From assembly GCA_035275125.1 (NCBI GenBank), contig DATENJ010000477.1, forward strand, positions 106 through 64,105: 64,000 nucleotides of DNA, given 5' to 3'. The translations under genes and the position numbers were made by a program. The first letter of the stretch is position 1. Each line of letters starts with the position of its first letter. The notes beneath the pieces are model-generated. The model had not been told where the DNA came from. It ran no database searches and saw only the letters and a program-made list of their open reading frames with translations. This document shows, in pieces, positions 15,039 through 24,413 of this stretch. The stretch is from Actinomycetes bacterium. Its GTDB lineage: Bacteria > Actinomycetota > CALGFH01.

Positions 15039-15062
15039 TTGACGACTATCCCTGGCTTGCGG
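15039..15062 (+). promoter_or_regulatory. conserved motif CGTTAGAG-N2-TTGACG-ACTATC (copy 1) upstream of the NHL-repeat gene
   Basis: 21 of the first 23 positions are identical to the motif at 17399-17421. Confidence 0.35.
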
Positions 15063-15141
15063 CAGAGTAACCCACGAGATGACGGTCCGGGTCGCACGGA
15101 CTCCACGCACCGCTGTGCAGACACAAGACGAGGAGACGCGG

Positions 15142-16125
15142 GTGACTGCAGTCGTGGGCGAGGGAAGCTTCACCTACCAGGTCGATCCTACCTGGGAGCA
15201 ATTGCCCGCCGGCTGGAGCCATCCCGATGTCGCCAGCATCGCCGTGGACGACCAGGACCGGGTCTTCGTTTTCAACCGCGGCGAGCACCCCGTCATTATC
15301 TACGACCGCAACGGCACGTTCCTGGATGCCTGGGGCGAAGGCGAGTTCTCCAATGCCCATGGGATCGCGATCGCGCCCGATGGAACCGCCTATTGCGGCG
15401 ACAAAGAGGCGCACGCGGTCAAGCGGTTCACCCCGGACGGACGGCTGCTCGAGGTGCTCGGCACCCCTGGCGTTCCCTCCGACACCGGGGTCGTCGACGA
15501 TTTCCTCACGATCAAGCAGGGCGGCCCGCCGTTCAACGGGCCCACCGACATCGACTTCGGGCCGACCGGTGACGTGTACGTCAGTGACGGCTACTGGAAC
15601 GCCCGGGTCCACTGCTTCGCCAGCAACGGCCGGCTCCGTTTCTCCTGGGGCCAGCCGGGGACCGGCAAGGGCGAGTTCAACATCCCCCACGCCCTCGCCG
15701 TCGCCGCCGACGGACGGGTGCTGGTTGCCGACCGAGAGAACGATCGCATCCAGATCTTCTCCCCCGAGGGCGTCTACCTGGATGAATGGACCGACCTGAC
15801 CAGGCCCGACGACCTCACGATCGGACCTGACGGACACGTCTATGTGGTGGAGCTGGGCCGGTACGTGGGCCGGTGGCCGAGCACGCCGCCTGATACGCCC
15901 GACAGCCCACCGTCACGCTTGTCGGTCTTCGATCTCGAAGGCAACCTCCTGGCCAGGTGGGGGACCCGGGCCGCCTGCGCGCCGGCGAGCTTCTTCGCTC
16001 CCCACGGGATCGCGGTGGACTCGCGGGGCGACATCTATGTCGGCGAGGCCAACTGGTCCGGCGGTGGCAAGGACGGCGACGTACCCCCCGACTGCCACAC
16101 CCTGCAGAAGTTCGTCCGCCGCTGA
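15142..16125 (+). CDS. NHL-repeat beta-propeller protein (peptidyl-alpha-hydroxyglycine lyase-like fold)
   Basis: Repeated NHL blades (HGIAIAPDG, PTDIDFGPTGDVYVSD, PHALAVAADGRVLVADREN, PHGIAVDSRGDIYVGE); GTG start with GAGGAG 6 nt upstream. Confidence 0.7.
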   Translation: MTAVVGEGSFTYQVDPTWEQLPAGWSHPDVASIAVDDQDRVFVFNRGEHPVIIYDRNGTFLDAWGEGEFSNAHGIAIAPDGTAYCGDKEAHAVKRFTPDGRLLEVLGTPGVPSDTGVVDDFLTIKQGGPPFNGPTDIDFGPTGDVYVSDGYWNARVHCFASNGRLRFSWGQPGTGKGEFNIPHALAVAADGRVLVADRENDRIQIFSPEGVYLDEWTDLTRPDDLTIGPDGHVYVVELGRYVGRWPSTPPDTPDSPPSRLSVFDLEGNLLARWGTRAACAPASFFAPHGIAVDSRGDIYVGEANWSGGGKDGDVPPDCHTLQKFVRR

Positions 16126-16134
16126 CCGCCGAAC

Positions 16135-16503
16135 GTGCCTGCCGTGGCCGAAGGCGAGCTTGCCGAGATTGTCAGGAGCTATTACCGGCTGGTGGACACG
16201 AGCGACTTCACTCGAATGCTCGAGTTGTTCGCCGATGACGCTGTCTACCGGCGGCCGGGCTATGCGCCGCTCGTTGGCAAGCCGGCCCTGACCGAGTTCT
16301 ACCTCGGCGTCCGCGTTATCGAGTCCGGCCGACACGAACTGTCCAGCATCCTGGTGCAGGATCGCTCGGCCGCCGTCGAGGGCCAGTTCGCCGGCCAACT
16401 GAAGGACGGCACCAGCGTCCGCCTACAGTTCGCCGACTTCTTCCGGTTCCATGCCGGCCGGATCGTCGAGCGAAGCACCTATTTCGACGCCCCCGCGGTC
16501 TAG
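16135..16503 (+). CDS. SnoaL-like / NTF2-fold protein
   Basis: 122-aa ORF with the ketosteroid-isomerase-like pattern (YYRLVDTSDFTRMLELFADDAVY). Confidence 0.6.
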   Translation: MPAVAEGELAEIVRSYYRLVDTSDFTRMLELFADDAVYRRPGYAPLVGKPALTEFYLGVRVIESGRHELSSILVQDRSAAVEGQFAGQLKDGTSVRLQFADFFRFHAGRIVERSTYFDAPAV

Positions 16504-17297
16504 CGCGAGAACGCCGCTGGCGTTGGCCTTCCCCCGCCGGCTTCCCCAGTGCACGAGGCACGGATCGCGTCGACCATGCCCTGGAGGGCCTCCAGGAGCA
16601 GCCAGATGTCGCCGGAGCAGACGATCATGTCGGCTCCGGACTCGAACAGCTCGACCGCCTCGTCGACCGAGGAAGGCACCCGGCCGTAGGACTTGCCGTT
16701 GGCGAGGCAGGCCCGCCGTATCCGGTCGGCCGCCTCCAGGAAGGTCGGATGGGCGAACTCGCCGGGGATCCCCAGCGAAGAGCTGAGGTCGTTGTGGCCC
16801 AGCCAGAGCCCATCGACGCCGTCGATGGCGGCGATCGCCTCGACGTCGTCGAGGCCGTCGCGGTTCTCGATGGTGGCGAACAAGGTGGTCCGGCGGTTGG
16901 CATCGGCGAGCTTCTGCCTGGCCGGTCCGGGACGGTAGTCGTCATGAGCGATCTGCAGCGCGACGCCTCGGTGGCCCTCGGGCGGGTACTTCATCCAGTC
17001 CAGGATCTGGCTGGCCTCCTGGGCGTTGCGCACGTGGGGCAGGAGGAGGGCCTCGGCCCCCAGGTCACAAGCCATCGCCACATCGTGGTAGGTCTTGGAC
17101 GCGGGCCGGATCACGACGGGCAGCTGCGCTGCCTCCATGTAGCGCAGCACGTTGTTCACGGTCTCGAAGGTGAAGCCCGCGTGCTCCATATCGAAAAAGA
17201 CGAAGTCGCAACCCGCGGCCTTGAGGATTTTGCCGATCCCGGGCGATACGAACTCCATGACACAGGTGCCGACTTTGACCTCTCGTGATCTCGCCAT
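16500..17297 (-). CDS. HpcH/HpaI family aldolase (2,4-dihydroxyhept-2-enedioate aldolase-like)
   Basis: C-terminal 265 aa of the long minus-strand ORF match the HpcH/HpaI fold (GCDFVFFDMEHAGF, ALLLPHV, GVDGLWLGHNDL). The upstream 600 aa of that ORF are antisense to the SBP gene and were rejected. Confidence 0.75.
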   Translation of the reverse strand: MARSREVKVGTCVMEFVSPGIGKILKAAGCDFVFFDMEHAGFTFETVNNVLRYMEAAQLPVVIRPASKTYHDVAMACDLGAEALLLPHVRNAQEASQILDWMKYPPEGHRGVALQIAHDDYRPGPARQKLADANRRTTLFATIENRDGLDDVEAIAAIDGVDGLWLGHNDLSSSLGIPGEFAHPTFLEAADRIRRACLANGKSYGRVPSSVDEAVELFESGADMIVCSGDIWLLLEALQGMVDAIRASCTGEAGGGRPTPAAFSR

Positions 17298-17398
17298 GTC
17301 CTTGAATCCCAAAGCCGGCCTCCTTGGTACGTCGTCAATTTCTATACGACGTCTGCGACCTAGCGTGACGTAGGGATTTGATGCTTTCGGATCGAGCG

Positions 17399-17450
17399 TC
17401 GTTAGAGTATTGACAACTATCTGCCCGCAGCCTACCCTACTGCCGCGCAG
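17399..17450 (+). promoter_or_regulatory. putative sigma-70-type promoter for SBP1 (TTGACA-N17-TACCCT) embedded in the conserved motif CGTTAGAG-N2-TTGACA-ACTATC
   Basis: -35 TTGACA with 17-nt spacer to TAcccT; AT-richer than surroundings; ~70 nt upstream of the ATG at 17523. Confidence 0.4.
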
Positions 17451-17522
17451 GAGTGCAGTCAAGGCACTTGACGGTCCCCTCCCAGCCGCGGGCCGGGTTT
17501 GGCGATTCGGAGAGGTGACCAG

Positions 17523-19226
17523 ATGCTGTCGAGGAGATCCGTCGTCACCATCCTCATCGTGGCGCTGGCACTGGTCGCGGCCGGCTGCGGCAACAGGAAC
17601 GATGAGCAGCAGACAGCTTCCCGGACGCGACTCACGATCCTGGCCGAGGACGTTCCCACCGGCCTCGACTACGACGGGCCCGCGGTGGGCATCCCCACGA
17701 GTCAGACCGGGATGGTCAACCTCATGGAAGGCTTGCTGACCTACGCCCCGGCCGGCCAGAACGACGAGGGCGTGCGGCTGCTCGACTTCACCAAGTACGA
17801 GGGTCGGCTGGCGGAGTCCTGGGACTATGACCCGGCCACCCTCACCTGGACCTTCCACCTGCGCCAAGGGGTGGTCGGCTGCGAGGGGGCCAGCTTCAAC
17901 GCCGACGACGTGCTCTACACCTTTGCCCGGGCCAAGTCGGTGAGCGGCCCGATCCCGCTCGGCTGGTTCGAGGCCAACACCGCCGGGATCGACGGGTTCA
18001 CCCCCGACGTGATCACTGACGAGTCCAAGCGCGAGCTCGGTGACGAGGTCACCAAGGTGGACGACTACACCGTCAAGATCCGCCAGTCCCGGCCGCCGAG
18101 CCAGCTGTTCCTGCCCGTGCTCGCCCAGTGGGCCGGCGTCCTCATCTTCGACAAGGAGACGATGGAGGCCAACAAGACCGACAAGGACCCCTGGAGCCAC
18201 GAGTACACCAACAACACCAACGCCCCCAGCTTCGGCCCCTACTGCCTCAAGACCTGGGAGAAGGGCAGCCAGTTCGTGGTCACCGCGAACCCCCAGTACT
18301 ACCGGGGCGCGCCCGCGGTCTCCGAAATCGTCTACCGCAAGGTCCCCGAGAGCGCCAACCGGGTGGCCGCGCTGCGCAGCGGTGACGCGGACCTGGTCGA
18401 GCACCTGACGCCCAAGGAGTTCCACGCGCTCCGCGACGCCGACGGGATCGAGGTCTCCGGGGTGATCGGCAACGAGACGCTCCTCATCCACCTGAACTGG
18501 AAGACCAAGCCGTTCGACGACGAGCGCGTGCGGCAGGCGTTCGCCCACGCCATCCCCTACGACGAGATCATCGCCAACGGGTACGCGGGCCAGGCCAAGA
18601 AGTGGGAGAGCCAGATCTCCTCCACCTACCCCGGCTACCACCGTCCCGCCAAGCAGTACGGCACCGACCCCGCCGCCGCACGCGAGCTGCTGGCCCAGGC
18701 GGGGTTCCCGGACGGCCGTGGCCTTGACCGGTTCGGGGACGCCTTGCGGCTGACCTACACCGCCGAGAAGCAGTCCACCCTCGGCCCCATCGCGACCGTC
18801 ATCCAGGCCTCGCTGCGCGAGGTCGGGTTCCCGGTCGAGCTCGACCCGATCCCCCAGACGCAGTTCGCCGACCGCCTCTACACCAAGCACGACCTCCCGC
18901 TGGCGCTGGACGACATCGAGAAGGCGGTGCCGGTGGACGGCGGCTACGCGCTGCTGATCGCCCACACCACCTACGGCTGCTGCGCCAACAACGGCAACTT
19001 CGCCGACCCCCGCGTCGACGAGCTGGTCAAGGCGGCCAACGTCGAGACCGACCAGGCCAAGCGGAGCACCCTGCTGGCGCAGGCGCAGGACATCCTGATG
19101 GAGCGGCTCAGCCTCCTGCCGATCGTCGAGTACAAGACCCAGTGGGCCTACCGGGACGACGTGCAGGGCATCACCTGGCATCCGGAGAACTCCCTCAGGT
19201 GGTCCGACCTTCGCGCCGGCGGCTAG
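17523..19226 (+). CDS. ABC transporter substrate-binding lipoprotein, family 5 (peptide/opine/nickel type) - SBP1
   Basis: Signal peptide and lipobox LAAGCG; SBP_bac_5 architecture. About 70 % aa identity to SBP2 (25452-27158), with a 143-bp near-identical tract. Confidence 0.85.
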   Translation: MLSRRSVVTILIVALALVAAGCGNRNDEQQTASRTRLTILAEDVPTGLDYDGPAVGIPTSQTGMVNLMEGLLTYAPAGQNDEGVRLLDFTKYEGRLAESWDYDPATLTWTFHLRQGVVGCEGASFNADDVLYTFARAKSVSGPIPLGWFEANTAGIDGFTPDVITDESKRELGDEVTKVDDYTVKIRQSRPPSQLFLPVLAQWAGVLIFDKETMEANKTDKDPWSHEYTNNTNAPSFGPYCLKTWEKGSQFVVTANPQYYRGAPAVSEIVYRKVPESANRVAALRSGDADLVEHLTPKEFHALRDADGIEVSGVIGNETLLIHLNWKTKPFDDERVRQAFAHAIPYDEIIANGYAGQAKKWESQISSTYPGYHRPAKQYGTDPAAARELLAQAGFPDGRGLDRFGDALRLTYTAEKQSTLGPIATVIQASLREVGFPVELDPIPQTQFADRLYTKHDLPLALDDIEKAVPVDGGYALLIAHTTYGCCANNGNFADPRVDELVKAANVETDQAKRSTLLAQAQDILMERLSLLPIVEYKTQWAYRDDVQGITWHPENSLRWSDLRAGG

Positions 19227-19272
19227 GACCGCCACCGCACCGGGCCGGCGACCGCCCCGGAACGGGCCCGCG

Positions 19273-20676
19273 ATGACCGAGCTGGCCGACCTCGACGGCG
19301 CCGGGCTCCTGGCCGCCTACCGGGCCGGCCAGGCCTCGCCGGTCGAGGCCGTCGCCTCCTGCCTCGAGCGGATCGAACGGCTCGAAGCCCAGGTCAACGC
19401 GGTGGTGACACTCCGCGCCGAGACCTGCCTCGAACAGGCACAGGCCTCCCTGCGGCGCTGGCGCGAGGGCGCGCCGCGGCCGCTGGAGGGGCTGCCGGTC
19501 GGGCTCAAGGACATCATCTTCACCGCGGGCGTGCGCACCACCGGCGGCTCGGCCATCTATGGCGACCTGGTCCCGGCGGCGGACGCGGCCGTGGTGGAAC
19601 GGCTGACCGCCGCCGGCGCGCTGGTACTGGCCAAGCTGCAGACCTACGAGTTCGCCATGGGCGACAACAGCCACTACGGCCCCACCCGCAACCCATGGCG
19701 GCTGGACCACACGCCGGGTGGCTCCTCGACCGGCTCGGGCGCGGCGCTGGCCGCGCGCGAGCTGCCTCTGGCCGTCGGCACCGACACCGGCGGGTCGATC
19801 CGGGTGCCGGCCAGCTTCTGCGGGGTGGTCGGCCTCAAGCCGACCCTCGGCCTGGTCAGCCGTCGGGGCGTCATGCTGCAGTCGTGGACGCTCGACCACG
19901 TGGGGCCGATGGCCCGCTCGGTCGCCGACGCCGCGCGCATGCTGACCTCGATGGCCGGCCACGACCCGCTGGACCCGGCCTCGATCGGCGGCCCCGCCGG
20001 CAGCTACCAGCAGGCGCTGGCCGCCGGCGTGCGAGGCATGCGCATCGGCGTACCGACGGACTGGTTCTTCGACGTCGTGGACCCCGAGGTCGAGGCGGCC
20101 ACCAGGCAGGCGCTGGCCGTTCTCGCCGAGCAGGGCGCCAGCATCGTGGAGGTGTCGCTGCCGACCGCTCGACTGTCCGACGTCATCGGCTGGACGATCA
20201 TGTACGCCGAGTACGCCGCGTTGCACGAGGACACCTTCGACCGCCTCGAGGACTACAGCGCTCCCCTGTCGCAGGAGATCCTGGTCAGCTCCCAGTTCGT
20301 CAGCGCGCTGGACTACGCCCGGTCGCTACGCGCCATGCACCTCGTCCAGCGCGACTTCGAGTCCGCCTTCGAGCAGGTCCAGGCGCTGGTCGTTCCCGGC
20401 ATGGTCGCGGTCGCGCCGCGCCTGGACGACATGCGCTTCCGGATCGGTGCCCGCGACTACAAGTGGGGCGAGCTGGTGGCCCGCACGACGATGATCTTCA
20501 ACCTCGCCGGTATCCCCGCCCTCTCGCTCCCCGCCGGGCTGCACAGCTCCGGGCTGCCCATGGGCATCCAGGTGGCCGCGCGGCCGTTCGACGAGGCCAC
20601 CTGCTTCCAGATCGGCCAGGCCTATGAGCAGGCCACCGGCCACCACCTGCTGGCACCTCCGCTGCTGTCGGCCTGA
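19273..20676 (+). CDS. amidase-signature family amidase (paralogue of 28546-29970)
   Basis: AS signature GGSSTGSGAALAA, GTDTGGSIRVPAS, and catalytic Lys in GLKDI. Confidence 0.85.
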   Translation: MTELADLDGAGLLAAYRAGQASPVEAVASCLERIERLEAQVNAVVTLRAETCLEQAQASLRRWREGAPRPLEGLPVGLKDIIFTAGVRTTGGSAIYGDLVPAADAAVVERLTAAGALVLAKLQTYEFAMGDNSHYGPTRNPWRLDHTPGGSSTGSGAALAARELPLAVGTDTGGSIRVPASFCGVVGLKPTLGLVSRRGVMLQSWTLDHVGPMARSVADAARMLTSMAGHDPLDPASIGGPAGSYQQALAAGVRGMRIGVPTDWFFDVVDPEVEAATRQALAVLAEQGASIVEVSLPTARLSDVIGWTIMYAEYAALHEDTFDRLEDYSAPLSQEILVSSQFVSALDYARSLRAMHLVQRDFESAFEQVQALVVPGMVAVAPRLDDMRFRIGARDYKWGELVARTTMIFNLAGIPALSLPAGLHSSGLPMGIQVAARPFDEATCFQIGQAYEQATGHHLLAPPLLSA

Positions 20677-20682
20677 GCGCGG

Positions 20683-21672
20683 TCAGGGCAGCAGGTAGCG
20701 GCGCTCGATGGCGGCGCCGACGGTGTATTTGGGGTCGACGACGTTCCCGAGGCGCACGCGGCCGCAGAGGCTGAGCAGCATGTAGGCGTCCCAGCGGTCG
20801 AAGCCGTAGTCGGTCACCATCCACCGGACCAGTTCCCGGTAGGCGATGCGGCAGGCATCCTCCAGCGGGCGGGCGCTCCCCACCGTCATGATCAGCCCGT
20901 CGGTCTCCAGGCGGGGCCACTCGATCGCCCAGCCCTTGACCAGGTCGACCCCGATGGTCGTGACCGTGGCGAACTCCACCGCAACCCCGCAGACCTCGCC
21001 GTCGCCCTGGCAGGCGTGCGCGTCGCCGATGAACAGCCGACCACCCGGGGCCCGCACCGGCAGGTAGGTGACGCTGCCAGGGCCGATGTCGGGCAGGTCC
21101 ATGTTGCCGCCGTGGCTGTCAGGGGTCAGGGTGTTGACCGAGTCGATCTCCGGTGAGCAGCTCAGTGTTCCGATGTGGGGGCGGTACGGGAGCGTGATGC
21201 GGGGGCTCCAATGGACCCACTGCTCGTCGACGTCGACCTTGCGGACGATCTCCGGCAGTGGCTCGTTGAGGGTGGCCGTGAGGGCCGTGCCTGTCAGGGC
21301 CCCGAACTCGGGGATCATGCAGCAGGTCCCTCTGGGCTGTGGCCCCCGAGGGACGATGGACTCGATGTGGACCGCGACGGCGTCGCCCGCCTCCGCTCCC
21401 TCGACGAGGATGGGGCCGTTCTGCGGGTTGGTGAAGGGCAGGCGGACCTTCTCGGTCGGCTTGTCCTGTTCGCTGCGGATGGCCCCGTCGAAGGCGTCCC
21501 TGGTGGTCACGACCACCCGGTCCCCCGGCCTGACCCGCAGGACCGGCTCGGAGTAGGGCCCGATCGTGTAGTGGTAGGTCCCCTGCCGCTCCTCGGTGAG
21601 CTCGTGGGTCTCGGGCTCGCTCCCGCGTCCCTCGCCCCGCCGCGCCGCCACGGCCTCGTCGGGCCATTCCAT
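20683..21672 (-). CDS. acetamidase/formamidase family (FmdA/AmdA) amidohydrolase
   Basis: FmdA_AmdA family similarity across the whole length; start MEWPDE with RBS GGAGGTGA; last gene of the ABC operon. Confidence 0.8.
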   Translation of the reverse strand: MEWPDEAVAARRGEGRGSEPETHELTEERQGTYHYTIGPYSEPVLRVRPGDRVVVTTRDAFDGAIRSEQDKPTEKVRLPFTNPQNGPILVEGAEAGDAVAVHIESIVPRGPQPRGTCCMIPEFGALTGTALTATLNEPLPEIVRKVDVDEQWVHWSPRITLPYRPHIGTLSCSPEIDSVNTLTPDSHGGNMDLPDIGPGSVTYLPVRAPGGRLFIGDAHACQGDGEVCGVAVEFATVTTIGVDLVKGWAIEWPRLETDGLIMTVGSARPLEDACRIAYRELVRWMVTDYGFDRWDAYMLLSLCGRVRLGNVVDPKYTVGAAIERRYLLP

Positions 21673-21674
21673 GG

Positions 21675-22658
21675 TCACCTCCCAACCTCGCGCAGCTTGT
21701 TGGTCCGGTCGTCCACCCTGACGCAGGCGACCGTATGACCCTCGGACACAGCGCGCGGCTCGGGCCGCTGCGGCAGGCAGTCGGCGCGGACAAGCGGGCA
21801 CCTGGAGGAGAACAGGCACCCGGGGGCGAGCTCGATGGAGCTGGGGATCTCGCCCTCAAGGACCCAGCGGTCGAGGACCGCGGCGGGGTCGGCGGGCAGC
21901 GACGCCGACAGCAGCGCCTGGGTGTAGGGGTGCTGGGGGTCGTGGAAGACCTGGTCGACGGGACCGACCTCCACGAAGGTGCCCCGGTACATGACCGCCA
22001 CCCGGTCGCAGTGGGCGCCGATGGTGAACAGGTCGTGGGAGATCAACAGGAAGGTCAGACCGCGCTCGCGCTTGATCTGGTCGAGCAGCGCCAGGATGCC
22101 GGCTCGGATCGACAGGTCCAGCGAGGAGGTCGGCTCGTCCAGCACCAGGAATCCGGGGTCGGTGGCGATGGCTCTGGCGATCGCGACCCGCTGCGCCTCG
22201 CCGCCGCTCAGCTCCCTGGGAAAGCGGCGCACGTGGCCGGGGTTGAGCTGGACCAGGCCGAGCAGCTCCCGGGCCCGGGCCGTCCGGCCCGCGCGGTCAA
22301 GGCGGGTGTGCAGGCGCAGCGGCTCCTCCAGGATCGCGCCCACCCGCATCCTGGGGTTCAGGGAATCGAAGGGGTCCTGGAAGACGACCTGGGTCCGGGC
22401 CCGCCACGAGCGCAGGTCGCTGCCGGACAGCCCGGCGACGTCGACTCCGTCGAACCGGATCCCGCCACTGGTCGGCTCGACCAGGCGCAGCAGGCACCTG
22501 CCGACGGTGGACTTGCCCGAGCCGCTCTCGCCGACCAGCCCCAGGGTCTCACCCGGCTCGATGCGGAAGGAGACGCCGTTGACCGCGTGGACGAGACCCT
22601 TGCCTCGGCCCGCCGGATAGTGCTTGACGAGGTTGTCGACCACCAGCGCCACGCTCAC
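21675..22658 (-). CDS. ABC transporter ATP-binding protein (oligo/dipeptide DppF/OppF type)
   Basis: Walker A GESGSGKST, LSGGEAQR signature, Walker B LVLDEPTS, and C-terminal oligopeptide-ABC domain; GTGA overlap with the upstream ATPase. Confidence 0.9.
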   Translation of the reverse strand: MSVALVVDNLVKHYPAGRGKGLVHAVNGVSFRIEPGETLGLVGESGSGKSTVGRCLLRLVEPTSGGIRFDGVDVAGLSGSDLRSWRARTQVVFQDPFDSLNPRMRVGAILEEPLRLHTRLDRAGRTARARELLGLVQLNPGHVRRFPRELSGGEAQRVAIARAIATDPGFLVLDEPTSSLDLSIRAGILALLDQIKRERGLTFLLISHDLFTIGAHCDRVAVMYRGTFVEVGPVDQVFHDPQHPYTQALLSASLPADPAAVLDRWVLEGEIPSSIELAPGCLFSSRCPLVRADCLPQRPEPRAVSEGHTVACVRVDDRTNKLREVGR

Positions 22659-23506
22659 CGGCGGCTCCCGGAGTCCATCTGCTGCCCGCGCCCAGGGGCT
22701 GAGGCGATCAGCCGCCGGCTGTACGGATGCTCCGGCTCGGCGAACACCCGGCGCACCGGGCCCTTCTCCACCACGCGCCCGGCCAGCATGATCTCCACCC
22801 GGTCGCAGTAGTGGGCGACGATGCCGAGGTCGTGGGTGACGAACAGGACCGAGGACCCGGTCTGGCGCACCTTGGCCCGCAGCAGGTCCAGGATCTGGGC
22901 CTGGACGGTGACGTCCAGGCCGGTGGTGGGCTCGTCGGCCACCAGCAGCCGGGGCTCGTTGATGGTGGCGATGGCGATCAGGGCCCGCTGGGCCATGCCG
23001 CCGCTGAGCTGGTGGGCGTAGGCCCGGGCGCGGCGCTGGGCGTCTGGGATGCCCATGCGCTCCAGCGCCGCAACCGCCTGCCGCCAGGCCTGCCGCCGGT
23101 CCACCCGGTGGTGGGCCCGGTAGGCGTGCGCGACCTGGTCGCCGATGCGGACCAGCGGGTTGAGCGCGGCGCGCGGGTTCTGGACGACCAGGCCGATCTG
23201 GCCGCCGCGGATCTGCCGCAGCCGCTCCTCCGAGGCACCCAGGACGTCTTCGCCGAGGAACCGCACCTCGCCGCCGTCGATCCTGCCCGGCGCCCGGACC
23301 AGGCCAAGGAGGGCGAGCGCGGCCGTCGACTTCCCGGACCCGCTCTCACCGACCAGGCCGACGAACTCACCCTCGCGGATGGTGAGCGCGAACTCCACGA
23401 CGGCGCTGACGTCGCCGGCGTCCAGTGGGTAGGTGACGTTGAGCCCGCTCGCCTCCAGCACGACCGGCCGTGGCGTCCCGACGCCGTCGTCGGGACTATC
23501 GGCCAT
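22655..23506 (-). CDS. ABC transporter ATP-binding protein (DppD/OppD type)
   Basis: GESGSGKST, LSGGMAQR, LVADEPTTGLD. Confidence 0.9.
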   Translation of the reverse strand: MADSPDDGVGTPRPVVLEASGLNVTYPLDAGDVSAVVEFALTIREGEFVGLVGESGSGKSTAALALLGLVRAPGRIDGGEVRFLGEDVLGASEERLRQIRGGQIGLVVQNPRAALNPLVRIGDQVAHAYRAHHRVDRRQAWRQAVAALERMGIPDAQRRARAYAHQLSGGMAQRALIAIATINEPRLLVADEPTTGLDVTVQAQILDLLRAKVRQTGSSVLFVTHDLGIVAHYCDRVEIMLAGRVVEKGPVRRVFAEPEHPYSRRLIASAPGRGQQMDSGSRR

Positions 23507-24413
23507 AGCGGTCCTCCAGCAGGTTGCCGAACACGGCGTACCCGAAGACCGTCACCGAGATGGCGATGCCGGGGAAGACCGACGGCCACCACTCTCCGAG
23601 GACGATGAGGCTGGCACCGGTTGCGATCATCCCGCCCCATTCCGGCGTCGGGGGCCGCACCCCGGCGCCGATGAAGCTGAGCCCGGCCGTCAGCAGGATC
23701 GCCCAGCCAACCGTCACCGAAGCCTGGATCAGCGACGGCGCCATCGAGTTGCGCAGGACGTGCTTGAGCGCGATCACGATCTCGCGGTGGCCGACGGCGC
23801 GGGCCGCCTCCACGTAGGTCCGCGAGCGCTGGGTGACCACCTGGCTGCGGGTCAGCCGCAGGAAGATCGGCGTGAACAGCACAGCCAGCGTGAGCACGAT
23901 GTTCAGCAGGCTGCGCCCGGTCAGCACGACCAGGATCATGGCCAGGATGAAGACCGGGAACGACTGGAAGACGTCGGAGATGCGGGTGAGGGCCTCCGAG
24001 CTGCCGGTGCGGTAGTAGCCGGCGAGCAGGCCGAGGAACGTCCCGAGCGCCAGCGACAGCGCGGTGGCGGCGAGCCCCACGACCACGTCGACGCGGGGCG
24101 CGCAGACCACTCGGGAGAAGACGTCCAAGCCGGCGGAGTCGGTCCCGAACCAGTGGACCGGCTGGTCCAGTTGGCCGCGGACGGTCGCCAGCAGCAGCCC
24201 CGGGACCCTCGGCAGGCTCGGCGGGGGCTCCGAGACCCGGCCGGTCGGCACCTCCGGGTCGTAGGGGGCCACGACGCCGCCGAACAGGGCCAGCAGGATC
24301 GAGGCGCCCACGATGCAGGTGCCCACAACGGTGAGGGGGTTGTGCCGGACGACCCGCAGCCAGGGTCGCGGCCGGCCGACGTCGGGTGGGAGCTGCGGCT
24401 GCATCGCCGTCAT
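23496..24413 (-). CDS. ABC transporter permease (DppC/OppC type)
   Basis: BPD_transp_1 family with EAA-like loop; start MTAMQ overlaps the upstream permease stop (ATGA). Confidence 0.85.
   Translation of the reverse strand: MTAMQPQLPPDVGRPRPWLRVVRHNPLTVVGTCIVGASILLALFGGVVAPYDPEVPTGRVSEPPPSLPRVPGLLLATVRGQLDQPVHWFGTDSAGLDVFSRVVCAPRVDVVVGLAATALSLALGTFLGLLAGYYRTGSSEALTRISDVFQSFPVFILAMILVVLTGRSLLNIVLTLAVLFTPIFLRLTRSQVVTQRSRTYVEAARAVGHREIVIALKHVLRNSMAPSLIQASVTVGWAILLTAGLSFIGAGVRPPTPEWGGMIATGASLIVLGEWWPSVFPGIAISVTVFGYAVFGNLLEDRYGR

Noticed and set aside
13748-15124. 458-aa minus-strand ORF
   Set aside because: Antisense to the ECF sigma factor gene, which has clear region 2/4 motifs.
17298-19235. 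N-terminal ~640 aa of the 911-aa minus-strand ORF 16500-19235
   Set aside because: Antisense to the SBP1 gene; only the C-terminal 265 aa (the HpcH/HpaI aldolase) have a real family match and a plausible start with spacing to the divergent promoter.
20674-20686. Possible bidirectional terminator between the convergent amidase and formamidase genes
   Set aside because: The stops are only 7 nt apart and no stable GC-rich hairpin with a U-tract is visible; the apparent symmetry is just the two facing stop codons.
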